Assembly: GCA_903840165.1 (NCBI GenBank) | Contig: CAIMEY010000002.1 | Span: 56,949 to 120,948 of the forward strand | DNA: 64,000 nucleotides | Reading direction: 5' to 3' | Origin: an uncultured Myxococcales bacterium | GTDB taxonomy: Bacteria > Myxococcota_A > UBA9042 | Shown: positions 10,201 to 21,401 of the stretch, piece after piece | How positions within the stretch are numbered: the stretch's first letter is position 1 | Layout: every line of letters starts with the position of its first letter | Made by a program: the position numbers and the translations under genes | Notes under the pieces: generated by a model | What the model was told of the DNA's origin: nothing | The model's database searches: none | Seen by the model: only the letters and a program-made list of their open reading frames with translations

Positions 10201-13200
10201 GTGAACGTCAGGTGCCCCAATTGCAGTGCCGTGTTCCCCTCAGCCGGCGGCGGCAAGCAGGTGGAATGTCCTTTGTGTCTGCTGCGTTTTGAGGCCAAGG
10301 ACGAGAAGACGGAGTCCATGCCGCAAACGCCCAAGGGCGCGCGCGGTGCATCAAGTCCTTCCCCCGAAGATGAATTCGAGTCCTTTGGCACGCCTGTCCA
10401 ATCCACCGGGCCGACGCAGACTGTCGTCCAAGGTCGCGGTTTTGCAGGTGCACGGACGACAGGGCCCGTGCCCACTGCCGGCGTTGGCCTTGGCTCGGCG
10501 ACGCGATCGACAATTCCCCTTAGCGCCGGCTCAGTTGCGCCAGTCTTGGGTGCTATGTCCTCGGCCCCTTCGTTGGGGCGGGGCACCGGTCCCGTAGGCG
10601 CGTCGAGCCCGAACGACCCAAAGACCGCGCCCGTCCGGCCGCCGGCGATGACCGAACCGGAGAATGCCCGGCATAATGCCAGTGATATGGGGCAGTTGGA
10701 TCTCAACGCTGACAGCGAAATCGACTTTGACGCGCTCCTGTCCGATGCCGTCGATGCGGTGGAAAAACGCAATGGTCCCGCGGCCCCGTCGCGCAGCAGC
10801 CCCTTTATTCGTGTCGCCGCGCCGCGCAGTGGTGCGACCGTTGCTGAAGAGTCCGTGCTGGCTGCGCCTCTGCTTTCTCGACCCAGCGCCGTCGTGCCGG
10901 TGGCCACGCCTGCGGACGCCAAGGCTGGAGGTCGGCCCTCTGCTTCTGCGGACGATTCCCTCTTTGAATCAGGCCCTACTGAGGCCGCCGTCGTCGAGCG
11001 TGAGGCTCCGGCCAAGGCGGCAGCACCTGCGCAGCGACGGATGCAGCCCCGCGCTGGGCAGCGTCCCAGCAAACCCCTGGGTCCGGCTGTGCGCCGTGCC
11101 GTGGGCACCCTCTTGCTGGTCGCCGGAATTGCGGGCGCGGCGGGTTACTTGCTCGGCTATGGCTGGTTTTTCAGCAAGTTCTGGATCAAGCAGCCGCCCA
11201 AGGTTCAGCTAGCTAAAGCGATGGATCCGGCCCTGCTGTTGCCGGTCGCACTGTTTGATTCAGCCAAGTCGTATCTTGCAGAAGCCCAACGATTGGAACG
11301 GGTTGTCGCGTTGCATCCCACCGATAAGGTGGCCAAGCAGGCCTTGCTGGACCGCTACTTGGACCTGCTGGAACGGGCCCCGCACGTGATGGCTGAGAGC
11401 GGGCCCTACCGTAAGCGCCTGGATGTCTTGGCTAAAGCGGTGGGATCGCCGCCACGTCTAGCCGTGCTCGACAGTATGCATCAGGGCTTGCAGACTACGC
11501 CGGCGCAAATGACGTCCCTGCTTGCGGGTTCGGTGGATGACCGTGGCGTCGCCGTGCGCAATGCCGTCGCCCTATCGGAGCAACGCCAGATCGAGGTGGC
11601 GCTGGCCCGGCCCGGTCTGACGGCTGCGGCAGACGTGGACCCTCTGCGCGCCTTGGTGGCTGGAGATCCCGATCTCAAGAAAGCGCGCGAATGGATGGAT
11701 AAACTGCTGCCTGAAACGGCGGCGTTGCCCCAGTTTGCCAAGTTCAAGGCCCTCGATGCCTTGGTGCGCGATCGGCTGCATCAATATGAGGGCACAGTGG
11801 CTGCAATGGAGGCGATCGCGACCCATGCCGACGACCACATTGAGGCGCGGATGCTGCTTGCTTCTGCGCACTTAGAGGCCGGAGAGCTCGACCAGGCAAC
11901 GGCGCTGGCGGATGAGGCGGCTCGTCTCGCCACCGATCAGCAGGTGCCGGCTTTAGCGCATGAATCTAGGCAGATCGAAGCACGCATCGCCCAAAAGCGC
12001 GGCGATCGCGAAGCGATGATCAAGTCGCTGCAGGCTTCGCTGCAGGCGGTGGCGGGTGATGAACTCGGCACCGTGCGGCTGGCTCGCCTGCTCAATGCTG
12101 AGAAGCACGCTCAGGATGCGCAGAAACTCCTTGTCGGTGCTAAGAAATCCGGCATGAAGTCGATCGCTTTTGAGGTCGCCTTCGTCGAGTTCTGGCTGGG
12201 GGCCAATCGGCTTCAGGACGCGCTGGAAGAGACCAATCAGGCGACCAAACTCTATCCCAACTCCGTGGATTTGCTATTTCTTCGCGGGCAAGTGGAGGAC
12301 AAGGCCCAGCACGTGGCGACGGCGCGGGATCTGTTTGAGCAGGTGGTCGCCAAGGAGCCGCGCCACCTGCGCGCCATCGTTCGGCTGGCGGAGCTGCTGT
12401 CGGCGGCGGATAAGCACGATGAATCTCTGCAAGTTCTTGAAAATGCCAGAAAAACGGTCAGCGATGACGAAACTGTTCTCCGTTTGATGGTTGAGGAACT
12501 TTTGGCCGTCAAACGAGACGCCGATGCCAGGCATCTGCTTGATATTCTGCTAAAAACATCGCCGCAAAACCGTTCCTACCTGCTCAGGGCAGCTCAGCTC
12601 GACCTCAAACAGGGCGAGGTGGAGAGGGCTCTGGGCTTCTTGAGGCGCCTGCGCAGCAACAAGGCCCTGGACCGTCAGGCAGCGGTGCAAATGGCTGAAG
12701 CTTTGGCGAAAAAGCAGCAGATGGACGAGGCCGCTCAGACCCTGCTGCCCTTTGCCGAGGCCGCGCCCGCCGACGTCGATCTCAACACCCTTGCCGGCAA
12801 ATACCTGGTTGATGCCAAGGACTTTGACCACGCCAAGACCTTGTTGCAACGCGCTACGCAGACCGCCAATGGCAAGAGTCCCGAGGCCCTGTTCCAATAC
12901 GGCCGTTTGGCTTTCCGCCAGGGCGATGTCGACCAGGCCCTGGTGCGCTTCCAGCACGCCATTGAGGGCGACAAGTCCGCCTGGCAATACCGCTTGGAAA
13001 TGGCGAAGTTACTCTTCGATCTCAAGGGCCGCGACGGAGCCCGCGATCGCGCCATTGAGCAGTTGATGGTGATTCTGTCGGGGCAGGCGTCCTATGCAAG
13101 CGCTGGCCATCCGGTTACAGAAGTTGCTGAAGTGCATCGCCTTTTGGCCCGCCAGTATGTCGAGTTGCACCGCTACAAGCAGGCCATCCCGCACCTTCAG

Positions 13201-13611
13201 GCGGTGGTGGAAGCAGATCCGGATGACGGGGAAGCCCTGCAAAAACTGGGGGATGCGATGTATTCGGTCAATGACCCTACGGCGGGCAAGGTCTTGGCCA
13301 AAGTGCTTCAGCGCCATCCCGGGGATGCTAAGGCTGCATTTCTACTGGGGATGAGTGCGCTCAATCGCCACCAAAGCTCAGAAGCGCTTCACTTCCTTGA
13401 GCTGGCCGGCAATTCGGGTAAGGCCGATGTGGCCGAGGCTTGGTACCATGTGGCGCTGATCTACAAGGACCGGGGGGAGCCAACGGCGGCCCTGCGCTCG
13501 GTCGAGAATTACCAGAAGCAGGCACGCCCTGCTGACATCTATCAGTCTGATGTTCGTATTTTGAAAGATGAATTACTCGGATCCAGCCGCAAGGGCAGCA
13601 AGGGGCATTAG
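10201..13611 (+). CDS. N-terminal zinc-ribbon (MJ0042-like), single TM helix, C-terminal TPR repeat protein
   Basis: VRCPNC...VECPLC zinc ribbon, low-complexity linker, TM segment (AVGTLLLVAGIAGAAGYLLGYGW), many TPR-like repeats; GGGAG before GTG 10201. Confidence 0.85.
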   Translation: MNVRCPNCSAVFPSAGGGKQVECPLCLLRFEAKDEKTESMPQTPKGARGASSPSPEDEFESFGTPVQSTGPTQTVVQGRGFAGARTTGPVPTAGVGLGSATRSTIPLSAGSVAPVLGAMSSAPSLGRGTGPVGASSPNDPKTAPVRPPAMTEPENARHNASDMGQLDLNADSEIDFDALLSDAVDAVEKRNGPAAPSRSSPFIRVAAPRSGATVAEESVLAAPLLSRPSAVVPVATPADAKAGGRPSASADDSLFESGPTEAAVVEREAPAKAAAPAQRRMQPRAGQRPSKPLGPAVRRAVGTLLLVAGIAGAAGYLLGYGWFFSKFWIKQPPKVQLAKAMDPALLLPVALFDSAKSYLAEAQRLERVVALHPTDKVAKQALLDRYLDLLERAPHVMAESGPYRKRLDVLAKAVGSPPRLAVLDSMHQGLQTTPAQMTSLLAGSVDDRGVAVRNAVALSEQRQIEVALARPGLTAAADVDPLRALVAGDPDLKKAREWMDKLLPETAALPQFAKFKALDALVRDRLHQYEGTVAAMEAIATHADDHIEARMLLASAHLEAGELDQATALADEAARLATDQQVPALAHESRQIEARIAQKRGDREAMIKSLQASLQAVAGDELGTVRLARLLNAEKHAQDAQKLLVGAKKSGMKSIAFEVAFVEFWLGANRLQDALEETNQATKLYPNSVDLLFLRGQVEDKAQHVATARDLFEQVVAKEPRHLRAIVRLAELLSAADKHDESLQVLENARKTVSDDETVLRLMVEELLAVKRDADARHLLDILLKTSPQNRSYLLRAAQLDLKQGEVERALGFLRRLRSNKALDRQAAVQMAEALAKKQQMDEAAQTLLPFAEAAPADVDLNTLAGKYLVDAKDFDHAKTLLQRATQTANGKSPEALFQYGRLAFRQGDVDQALVRFQHAIEGDKSAWQYRLEMAKLLFDLKGRDGARDRAIEQLMVILSGQASYASAGHPVTEVAEVHRLLARQYVELHRYKQAIPHLQAVVEADPDDGEALQKLGDAMYSVNDPTAGKVLAKVLQRHPGDAKAAFLLGMSALNRHQSSEALHFLELAGNSGKADVAEAWYHVALIYKDRGEPTAALRSVENYQKQARPADIYQSDVRILKDELLGSSRKGSKGH

Positions 13612-13828
13612 GCGCTCTGTGCGCGGACGCCTGCTCCATGGGCAGCGCCAATCGGGCCGGCTGCGCAGGTCAACGGTGCGCTTGCGCCCGACGGGGCGTC
13701 GGCAGTAAGGTTCCACGGTCCCGCTGCAGCCCAATTGGCGAGCCGACCTGCATCGGCGCGCTGTGGATTGCCCACTGAGTCAACGTCAAGGCTAGACGTC
13801 TTTGGTAGTGCGAACTGGTAGTTAGGGA

Positions 13829-15841
13829 GTGCAGCCCATGTACTTGGAGTGGCGGGACATCAACGGCGCGCTGGTGCAGCACCCGATCAGTCCCGACATG
13901 GAGCCGATCACCATCGGCCGCAATCCGGGCTCGACGGTTTATTCCAAGGAAACGACCGTTTCCCGCAACCATGGCCGTATTGGTTGGGACGAAGAAGGTT
14001 ATTATATCAAGGACCTAGGCTCGTCCAACGGCACCTTCATCAACAATGAACGGACGCGTCGGGCGGTCTTTCGCGATGGCGACACAGTGCGCTGTGGCGA
14101 AGTTCTTGAAATTCTTTGCAAAGCCGGTGATTTACCCGACCCCAAGCGGCGAACGCAGGCCCTGCCCCCGGAAGAGCGCCCGCGGCAAAAGCCCATGGCC
14201 ACCGGGTCGATGCGGCCCGAAGACCGCTCGCGGCTCGAAGCGGCCGTGGCTGCCAAGCAAGGGCTGCAGCAAGTTGTGCAGTCGCAGGCCGATCAGGTCC
14301 GCGAAATGGCAGCGAGAAGTGGGCAGCCTCTGCCGGCAGGCCCTGTCCCTTCGCCGCTGCAAGCGCCGACCAGGCGTGCCAATTCGGGCATCATGGCTGC
14401 GGTGGAAATGCCGCCGCCGCGCGACTTGCCGATCAACCGTGAAAACAGTCGTGATTCTGGCCGTGATTCCTCACGTGAGCAGCCTGCTATTGCCTCGTCG
14501 CGAGATCCGACGCCCGCGGCTCAGCCCGTGCAGTTGCGCAGCAGTTCAGCGAGTCCTGACCCAGAATTGCAGAGAAAGGTCCGGCAGTTGGAGCAGCAAC
14601 TGGCCGAGGCAGAAAGCCGTGCCACGCGCGCCGAAAAGGAAGTCAAGGACATCGAGCCGCGGGCCATGCGCTACTCGGTGGAGCTTGAAAGCCTGACGGA
14701 CAAGTACGTTAAGCTCAAAGAACACAATCAGTTGATTGGGCAAGAGCTGGAGAAGACCCGCAGCGAATTGCGGCAGCGGGAAGACCAAGCCTTTGAGGCG
14801 GAACGCAAAACGACCGAGCTTGAGCAGCAAATCGCCGCCGCGCGCGAAAAGGCCAACGACGCTACCGAGCAGTTGTCGGGCCTCAAAGTGCGTTTGACGC
14901 AAAAAGATCGACAGATTGAAGAGTTGCAGCGGCAGCTCGACCTGCTCGAGTATGAACTTCGCGCCGCGCGCGACGAGAACGAGTCCCTGCAGACGAGCTT
15001 CAACCGCGAAGCCAATGATCAGACGCGTCTGGAGCGTAAGATCAACCTCTTGCAGGACGTCATCGAGCAAAAAGAAGCGCAAATCGACCAGTTGCGCGTC
15101 GATCTGCGGGAAAAGGACATCGAGATTCGCCAAGTGCGCATGGGCGTCGGTATCAGCGACCTAGAGCACGAAAAGCGCCAGTTGTTGCAGGATTACCACA
15201 ATGCCATGCGGCGTGTGGACGAACTCAACGACCGCCTCATGCAACAGACGCGACAGGTCGACCAACTCAAGGCCGAACTCGACAGCGCAAAGGAAGCGGC
15301 GGAGCGCAAGCCTGCTCCCCTTATCGATGTCAGTGAACACCCTGATTTCAAGGCGAAAGTTCGCGAGCTCGAGAGGCTGCGCGAGGAGATGTCCGGGCTG
15401 CAAAAGGAACTGGCGCGTTCTGAGCTCAAGTTGGAGCACGCGCAGCAAGATTCAGGGGCGATGAAGAAGGCAGAAGCCGAGTTGAATCAGCAGCATCGCA
15501 AGGTCGAAGCCCTGGAAGCCAAGCTGCACGAAGCCGAAGCCCGCGTGGCTGAACTGGTCCAAGGTGAGTCTTTGGCTGCTGCGCAAACGCCTGCTGCGTT
15601 TGAAGTTTCTGCTGCCGCGGTCGAAGCGCTCGACGCTTTGGGCGACGCCGTGGCGGCTTCCAAGTCCAATGCGACCCTGGTGCGGCGGTACGCTCAGCAG
15701 ATGGAAAAACATCGCGCTGCGGTGCCGGAAGCCGAGGAATCGATTGAATTAATGAATGACATCGCAATCGTTCTGGCCCAAGACCTCGTCGAACAGGAAC
15801 GCATGGTGGTGGCCCTCAAGCGCGACCTTGGCGTGCCCTGA
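13829..15841 (+). CDS. FHA domain protein with long coiled coil
   Basis: FHA motifs ITIGR, VSRNH, DLGSSNGTFIN; E/Q/L/R-rich heptad region in the C-terminal half. Confidence 0.9.
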   Translation: MQPMYLEWRDINGALVQHPISPDMEPITIGRNPGSTVYSKETTVSRNHGRIGWDEEGYYIKDLGSSNGTFINNERTRRAVFRDGDTVRCGEVLEILCKAGDLPDPKRRTQALPPEERPRQKPMATGSMRPEDRSRLEAAVAAKQGLQQVVQSQADQVREMAARSGQPLPAGPVPSPLQAPTRRANSGIMAAVEMPPPRDLPINRENSRDSGRDSSREQPAIASSRDPTPAAQPVQLRSSSASPDPELQRKVRQLEQQLAEAESRATRAEKEVKDIEPRAMRYSVELESLTDKYVKLKEHNQLIGQELEKTRSELRQREDQAFEAERKTTELEQQIAAAREKANDATEQLSGLKVRLTQKDRQIEELQRQLDLLEYELRAARDENESLQTSFNREANDQTRLERKINLLQDVIEQKEAQIDQLRVDLREKDIEIRQVRMGVGISDLEHEKRQLLQDYHNAMRRVDELNDRLMQQTRQVDQLKAELDSAKEAAERKPAPLIDVSEHPDFKAKVRELERLREEMSGLQKELARSELKLEHAQQDSGAMKKAEAELNQQHRKVEALEAKLHEAEARVAELVQGESLAAAQTPAAFEVSAAAVEALDALGDAVAASKSNATLVRRYAQQMEKHRAAVPEAEESIELMNDIAIVLAQDLVEQERMVVALKRDLGVP

Positions 15842-15944
15842 TCGCCCGACGTTCGACGGGTCTTAAGGTGTTGCAACCTTTGGATAATTGGATAGATTCG
15901 CCCACCATGGCCTCTGTCCCCAGCCTCGTTAGGGAGCCAACGGC

Positions 15945-17615
15945 ATGACCACGACCTCGCCCGCGACCGCGATCGCCGAAGCCACTGCTGCCTCACCGCA
16001 CCGGCCCGTGCCGCCTGCGGTAGATGAACTGCACTACCTCATCCGTGCGCAATATAAGCTGATTTACGTGGTTTCCGCGGAAGAAGAGCGCGTTGAAAAG
16101 TGGCTGCGTGACCTAGCCGTCTTGGATTCGCCGGGCCTGCGCGAACGCTGGGACGTCACCAACTGGCAGCCGCGACAGCTCATTAAGTGGTCTTGCTCGC
16201 AGGGTTTTCGCTGTGACACGGCCGATGTGCCCGGGGACATTCGCGACCCCATCCGCGCCTTGGACTGGATCAGTGGCAACCTGACCCGCGATGCAGTGGT
16301 CGTTCTCCGCGATTTTCATCCGTTTTTCAATGATCCGATGGTGGCGCGGCGTGTACGCGACCTGATTCACGTCTTTGGCGACGCGAGCCAAGCCAAGAGG
16401 TCGGTGATCTTTCTGTCCTCTGTGGTGAAACTGCCGATGGAGATGGAGAAAGATGCGGTCGTGGTCGACTTTGACCTGCCCGATCGCCAGACCCTGGAAG
16501 ACATCGTGCGCGAGCAGGCGTTCGCGGGTGCGCGATCTCCGCGATTTGGTAAGAATTTCAATAAGGTGCTTGAGAGTCCGCAGATGCAGCGCGAGATTGC
16601 GGAGGCGGCCCTGGGGCTGACCGAGGCGGAAGCGGCCCAGGTCTTCAAGAAGTCTGCCGTGCGCGACAAGGGCTTTAGTCTCAAGACGATTCTCGCCGAG
16701 AAGAAGCACATCATCCGCAAGTCCGGCATCCTCGAGTTCTACGAGACGAGCCAGGGCATGGAATCCGTTGGCGGCCTCACCAACATGAAGGATTGGTTGA
16801 ACAAACGGCGCAATGCCTTCCTACCGATCGCTCAGGAGTTTGGCCTGCCGCCGCCCAAGGGCATCTTGCTGCTCGGCGTGCCGGGTTGTGGTAAGTCCTT
16901 GAGTGCCAAGGCTATTTCTCAAGCGTGGCAGATGCCTTTGCTGCGCCTCGACGTCGGCAAGGTCTTCGGGTCCTTGGTCGGCTCGTCCGAAGAGAACATG
17001 CGCCGCGCCATCAAGACGGCCGAAGCGGTGGCACCGGCAATCTTGTGGCTTGATGAGTTGGAAAAGGGCTTTTCAGGCACAAAATCATCGGGTTCAAGCG
17101 ACGGCGGCACCACGGCCCGCGTGTTTGCTACCTTCCTGACCTGGCTGCAAGAGAAGACCTCGCCGGTCTTTGTCATCGCGACGGCCAACGATGTGTCGAT
17201 GCTGCCTCCGGAATTGCTGCGGAAGGGCCGTTTTGACGAGATCTTCTTTGTCGATCTGCCCAACCGCCAGGAACGCGACGAGATTTTGCACATCCAGCTC
17301 AAGAAGCGTCACCGCGATCCGCAATTGTTCGACATGCGCAAACTGACGGATGCAACAGCAGGTTTTTCGGGTTCGGAACTCGAAGAAGCGGTGGTTGGGG
17401 CCCTGTATGACACTTTCGACGAAGGGCAGGGCAAAACAGACATTTCGACTGAGAGCCTGATTGCAGCGATTCGCGAAGTGATTCCGCTGAGTCAGACCAT
17501 GCGCGAGCGCCTTTCCGAGATGCGCGAGTGGTCCAAGTCGCGGGCCCGCCGTGCCTCGCCGGCTGACGACCAAAAGCCGCTGACCGACGACAACCAGCCT
17601 AAGCTGGAGATGTAA
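15945..17615 (+). CDS. AAA+ ATPase, Ycf46/SpoVK-like family
   Basis: Walker A GVPGCGKS, Walker [32 protein letters not shown]; inactive N-terminal AAA-like domain (LRDFHPF) typical of Ycf46. Confidence 0.92.
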   Translation: MTTTSPATAIAEATAASPHRPVPPAVDELHYLIRAQYKLIYVVSAEEERVEKWLRDLAVLDSPGLRERWDVTNWQPRQLIKWSCSQGFRCDTADVPGDIRDPIRALDWISGNLTRDAVVVLRDFHPFFNDPMVARRVRDLIHVFGDASQAKRSVIFLSSVVKLPMEMEKDAVVVDFDLPDRQTLEDIVREQAFAGARSPRFGKNFNKVLESPQMQREIAEAALGLTEAEAAQVFKKSAVRDKGFSLKTILAEKKHIIRKSGILEFYETSQGMESVGGLTNMKDWLNKRRNAFLPIAQEFGLPPPKGILLLGVPGCGKSLSAKAISQAWQMPLLRLDVGKVFGSLVGSSEENMRRAIKTAEAVAPAILWLDELEKGFSGTKSSGSSDGGTTARVFATFLTWLQEKTSPVFVIATANDVSMLPPELLRKGRFDEIFFVDLPNRQERDEILHIQLKKRHRDPQLFDMRKLTDATAGFSGSELEEAVVGALYDTFDEGQGKTDISTESLIAAIREVIPLSQTMRERLSEMREWSKSRARRASPADDQKPLTDDNQPKLEM

Positions 17616-17666
17616 GTTCTGGACAAAGTAGCCCTTTGTCGCAATTTGCCTAGAGCTGGAGGCCCT

Positions 17667-18077
17667 GTGTCGCACTTCACGACGGTACAGACCAAGATCA
17701 ACAACTTGGCGCGGTTGGAACTGGTTCTCAAGGAACTAGCCTTCAACTATACCAAGGCGCAGGACGAGCAACTAGTCCATGTCAAAGGCTATTTGGGGCA
17801 GACAACTGGTGCCAAGCTGGTTATTCATGCCAGCAAGACCTATGAGATTGGCGTCAACGTCGATGCACAAACGGGCTTGGTCAACTTTGTAGCAGACTGG
17901 GAATTCGTTGAATTGACAGCGGGATTTAACCAGGAAGAGTTTACGCGCAAGGTGATGCAGCGGTACGCGTACCACACGGTCAAAGAAGAAGTCACCAAGC
18001 GGGGTTACACCCTGGAAGAAGAGAAAGTGGACGAGAAGAATCAAATCCACGTTACTGTATCTTCTTGGAATGACTAA
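17667..18077 (+). CDS. DUF1257 (Ycf35-like) protein
   Basis: SHFTTVQTKI start, ADW and QRYAY motifs, GY-LEEE tail; GGAGG before GTG 17667; follows the Ycf46-type ATPase. Confidence 0.85.
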   Translation: MSHFTTVQTKINNLARLELVLKELAFNYTKAQDEQLVHVKGYLGQTTGAKLVIHASKTYEIGVNVDAQTGLVNFVADWEFVELTAGFNQEEFTRKVMQRYAYHTVKEEVTKRGYTLEEEKVDEKNQIHVTVSSWND

Positions 18078-18159
18078 CTGTTCTCTAAGTCGGCTAGATG
18101 GTTGAGATCGGGGCGGCGAACCGCTGCAACGGCAGATCGGGTACGGGCGGGGGTGAACC

Positions 18160-18360
18160 ATGGCGCAGCGACGGGAAATCCAGTTCACGATCAATGAACA
18201 GGGCGAAGTCTCGATCCAGGTCAAAGGCGTCAAGGGCGCGGAATGCGAAAGGATTACCCGGGAAATCGAGGAGGCGCTCGGCATCGTCCAGGCGCGCCAA
18301 CACACCAGCGAGTTCTACCAGGCCAATGAGCAGACCGAGACCGTCCAAGGTGAAGGTTAG
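18160..18360 (+). CDS. DUF2997 family small protein
   Basis: IQFTINEQGEVSIQVKGVKGAECERITREIEEALG...TSEFYQ matches the DUF2997 pattern; usual partner of DUF1257/Ycf46. Confidence 0.85.
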   Translation: MAQRREIQFTINEQGEVSIQVKGVKGAECERITREIEEALGIVQARQHTSEFYQANEQTETVQGEG

Positions 18361-18459
18361 CCGCCTAGATCTTGGATCATTGAGGCGAACGAGTCGATTC
18401 CCGGCAGTCTGGTGTCGACCGATTGTCTCAGGCGGACCGCAGCTGGCGAACTGAGGGTC

Positions 18460-19218
18460 ATGAGCCAAGCGTCACCACCGGTAGAACGCATTGAAGCGAT
18501 TGGCAGTGACCTGCTGCAAGTTCGCCGCGCGTGGCCGTTGCTCAGTAACCTAGCAGAACGTCATCGTTTTTCGCGTACACGCTTGCCCTTGCTCGACCAC
18601 TCCTTGCGCATCGACAAGTTCGCCTTCTTTGAGGCGCACGACTTCCAGCCCGATCACCTCAGCGCCTCTGTCATGGCGCGAGCGACCTTCGAGCAGACGT
18701 ATGCCCGGCCGATTCGGCCCAAGACGGACAATGAACTTCCGGGCGACACGCTCGAGGCCATTGAACACAACCACATGCCGCAGTTTACCCTGCGAAATAT
18801 TGGGCGTTATGAGATGAGCGTGGATGAAGAGGCCGGGCTGCCCTGGCGCAAGACACGCGGTCTGGGCGGCAAGCTGGGCTCGGAACTGGAAGAAGTGCGC
18901 AAGGCCCATGTGCCCAAGCCGCGGATGGCGCAGATTTGGTCCCTGCAACTGATGAAAAAGGTACGGTTTTCCTTTCGCCGCATCCTTGTCGAGGATCCTT
19001 GGGAACTGCGCCTGGGCCACGAAGTCACCTCGGCGCATACCGGCCAACGCTATACGTTTATTGCCGAAGGTACCCACGAGGACGATTTGGCCGGCGTCGC
19101 CTGGGGGCCCGATGTCGTGCCGGTGCCCAGTGTCTGGCAAGGGCCGCCGCCGGGCGAAGAGCCTATGCCCAAGCCGCGATCCATGGCAGACGAAATTCAG
19201 CGTGATTTCGCGACTTAG
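18460..19218 (+). CDS. hypothetical protein
   Basis: Uninterrupted ORF (track 18412..19218), GAGG before ATG 18460, protein-like composition. Confidence 0.65.
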   Translation: MSQASPPVERIEAIGSDLLQVRRAWPLLSNLAERHRFSRTRLPLLDHSLRIDKFAFFEAHDFQPDHLSASVMARATFEQTYARPIRPKTDNELPGDTLEAIEHNHMPQFTLRNIGRYEMSVDEEAGLPWRKTRGLGGKLGSELEEVRKAHVPKPRMAQIWSLQLMKKVRFSFRRILVEDPWELRLGHEVTSAHTGQRYTFIAEGTHEDDLAGVAWGPDVVPVPSVWQGPPPGEEPMPKPRSMADEIQRDFAT

Positions 19219-19239
19219 CGGTGCCGGGCGCGTTGCGCG

Positions 19240-19980
19240 TCATTGGGTGACGTCCCCCATCGCTTGTAGGACATCCTGCTCAAAAAGCCGTGCATTGCCT
19301 TGGTATTGCGTGAGCGCTTTGCTGTCCAGGTCCAGGCTGAAGTGGCCATGCGCCAGGACCAGGGCTCGGTCGCCGACGGCCAAGGTCGCCTCGGCCAAAT
19401 GGCTGGCCAGCAAAATGGCCGTGCCGTCTTGGCGGGCCTGCATTAGCAAACCCCGCAAAGCCAAAGCGGAACGAACGTCCAAACCGGCGTGAGGCTCGTC
19501 GAGGATCATTACCGGCGTCTTGGCGAGGAAACCCAAGATCAACGCAGCCTTATGCGCCATGCCGCCGGACAGGGCGCGGACCGGCCAGTCCACGGCGTGG
19601 CTAAGGTGTAACTCCTGACAAAGACGGGTCAATTGCGCCTGCGCATCAGCAGCGGGCAACTGGCGGAAAGCGATCAGTGCCTCGGCGTGCTCCCGCAAAG
19701 ACAAAAGCGGAGCCAAAGGCGGGTGTTGCGCGACATAGACGAGCCCTGAACGCGCCCGCTCCGGGTCTCCATGCAGGTCGATGCCGTTGACGAGCAACTG
19801 CCCGCGCAGGGGCAGCAAATCGCCGCCGAGAATGCGCAAAAGGGTGGTCTTGCCAGCGCCATTTTCGCCCAAGATAACCGTGATTTTGCCGGCTTCTAGC
19901 TCCAATTCAAGGTCGGTCAATACGGTCCGCGGGCCATAGGCGTGGTGCAGGTTGCGGGCGCTAAGAGGGCAGGGGGACAT
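19240..19980 (-). CDS. ABC transporter ATP-binding protein
   Basis: Walker A GENGAGKT, signature LSGGM, Walker B ILDEP, H-loop SH. Confidence 0.92.
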   Translation of the reverse strand: MSPCPLSARNLHHAYGPRTVLTDLELELEAGKITVILGENGAGKTTLLRILGGDLLPLRGQLLVNGIDLHGDPERARSGLVYVAQHPPLAPLLSLREHAEALIAFRQLPAADAQAQLTRLCQELHLSHAVDWPVRALSGGMAHKAALILGFLAKTPVMILDEPHAGLDVRSALALRGLLMQARQDGTAILLASHLAEATLAVGDRALVLAHGHFSLDLDSKALTQYQGNARLFEQDVLQAMGDVTQ

Positions 19981-21302
19981 CAGGACACTCCTGGGGTGCC
20001 GCAGAGGCTAACACCAGATAGGCCAAGGGCAAATACGAGAAGGGCTAGGCGCGGGCTCCATGGCGAATCGGCTCGGGTCCAATCGGCCATGGCGGTAGGC
20101 AGCGCAGCCCCGACGACTAGGCCCAGGATCACCGGTAACGGCGCGGCACCCAAGGCGATCCATCCCAAAGCGATCCAAGTGAACATCGCAAGACGAAGGG
20201 ATAAAGTGCGAAGATTGGCTTGGCGTTCGCTAGGCCCTTGTCCCAGCCAAGCCAGCGCCGGCCAGAGCGCATCGTGGGTGAGCTTGCGCGCTTGCAAGTG
20301 GGCAAACCACGAAAGCCCAGTGGCCATGCAGACTAGGGACGCAGCCATTGCCCAGGAAGGCCCCTGCAGCGTGCGCGGCAGCCAAGCGGCCAGCAAGGTC
20401 AGCCCGACGACCCACCAGGGGGCCAGCGGTTGCCGCCGCCACAGGGCTCGGCCTAGGGTCAGTAGGCCCAGACTTGGCTTGGACCCCACCAACCAAACTG
20501 GCGGTTCTGGCAGGCAATTCTGCTGGGCAAATCGCGTCGCATGGGCCTGTTCAACCGCCACCAGCGCCATCGGCCAGCAAGCAGCCACGCGTTTGCGCAC
20601 GCGAGCAGCGCCAAGGGCGGAAGCGGAGATGGCGACCAAACCAAGGATTGTCAATACAGATTCCGACGCCAACTGCGCCTCAGCCCCCCACAGGGCCGCA
20701 GCAAACGTGGCGGGGACCAGGGCTGCGACAAAGGCGAAGGCCGGCGCGTACAAAAGCGGAGCAGTTTCAGCAGGTCCAAAGGCACTGCCTCCGGTGAGAT
20801 GCCCCCAAACACTGCCGCTCGAACCGCGGGCGAGTTGGGCGACGGCAGCCAAGGCAGCGCTGACCAGGGCAAGACTCAGAAATGTCGCGCATATGGCTGT
20901 AATTGCGCCTAAAATCGCCGTACGGTGCAGGTCGACTTCTGCCGGCGCCATGGCCCAAGTCGCCACGGGACTAAGCAGTGCTAGGCCAAGCCAAAGCGCC
21001 GCTTGCCACCGCACCCGCTGCCAGGCGTGGGTCGGTGATTCGCCCAGCATTCGTCGGGTCGCGGCATGGCGAGGTGTGCTCAAAAGATCAAGGATTCCAA
21101 GGGGAATCGGCAGGATGAGCCCAGCTGCCATCTTGAGCGCCACGTCACTGCGCAGCGAAGGCGTCGTGCCCAGGACCGCCTGCGCCGTAGCAAGCCCCCA
21201 CGCGAGCGCCGCAAAGCCCAGCAGGACACTGAGCGAATGCGGCAAATGTCGTGTCAATTCATGGGTCGCTTTGGCCAAGGTCGGGTCCGTTCGCAAGGGC
21301 AC
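19980..21302 (-). CDS. polytopic membrane protein, probable ABC permease partner
   Basis: Many hydrophobic helices; stop overlaps the ATPase start (TGATG). The track start 21638 overlaps mreC, so GTG 21302 is preferred; start uncertain. Confidence 0.7.
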   Translation of the reverse strand: MPLRTDPTLAKATHELTRHLPHSLSVLLGFAALAWGLATAQAVLGTTPSLRSDVALKMAAGLILPIPLGILDLLSTPRHAATRRMLGESPTHAWQRVRWQAALWLGLALLSPVATWAMAPAEVDLHRTAILGAITAICATFLSLALVSAALAAVAQLARGSSGSVWGHLTGGSAFGPAETAPLLYAPAFAFVAALVPATFAAALWGAEAQLASESVLTILGLVAISASALGAARVRKRVAACWPMALVAVEQAHATRFAQQNCLPEPPVWLVGSKPSLGLLTLGRALWRRQPLAPWWVVGLTLLAAWLPRTLQGPSWAMAASLVCMATGLSWFAHLQARKLTHDALWPALAWLGQGPSERQANLRTLSLRLAMFTWIALGWIALGAAPLPVILGLVVGAALPTAMADWTRADSPWSPRLALLVFALGLSGVSLCGTPGVS

Positions 21303-21401
21303 GGGGGATTCGCGCTCAGGCCCATGGTGCCTGAGGTGCGTCGGCGCGCCAACCCGGGTAGACTGCGCCAGCGCTCCATGGTGGAACGCTTGGCCTAAGC
21401 G

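Noticed and set aside
19240-19980. ABC ATPase as CcmA of cytochrome c maturation System I
   Set aside because: No ccmB/C/E/F neighbours; the partner is a larger unrelated membrane protein.
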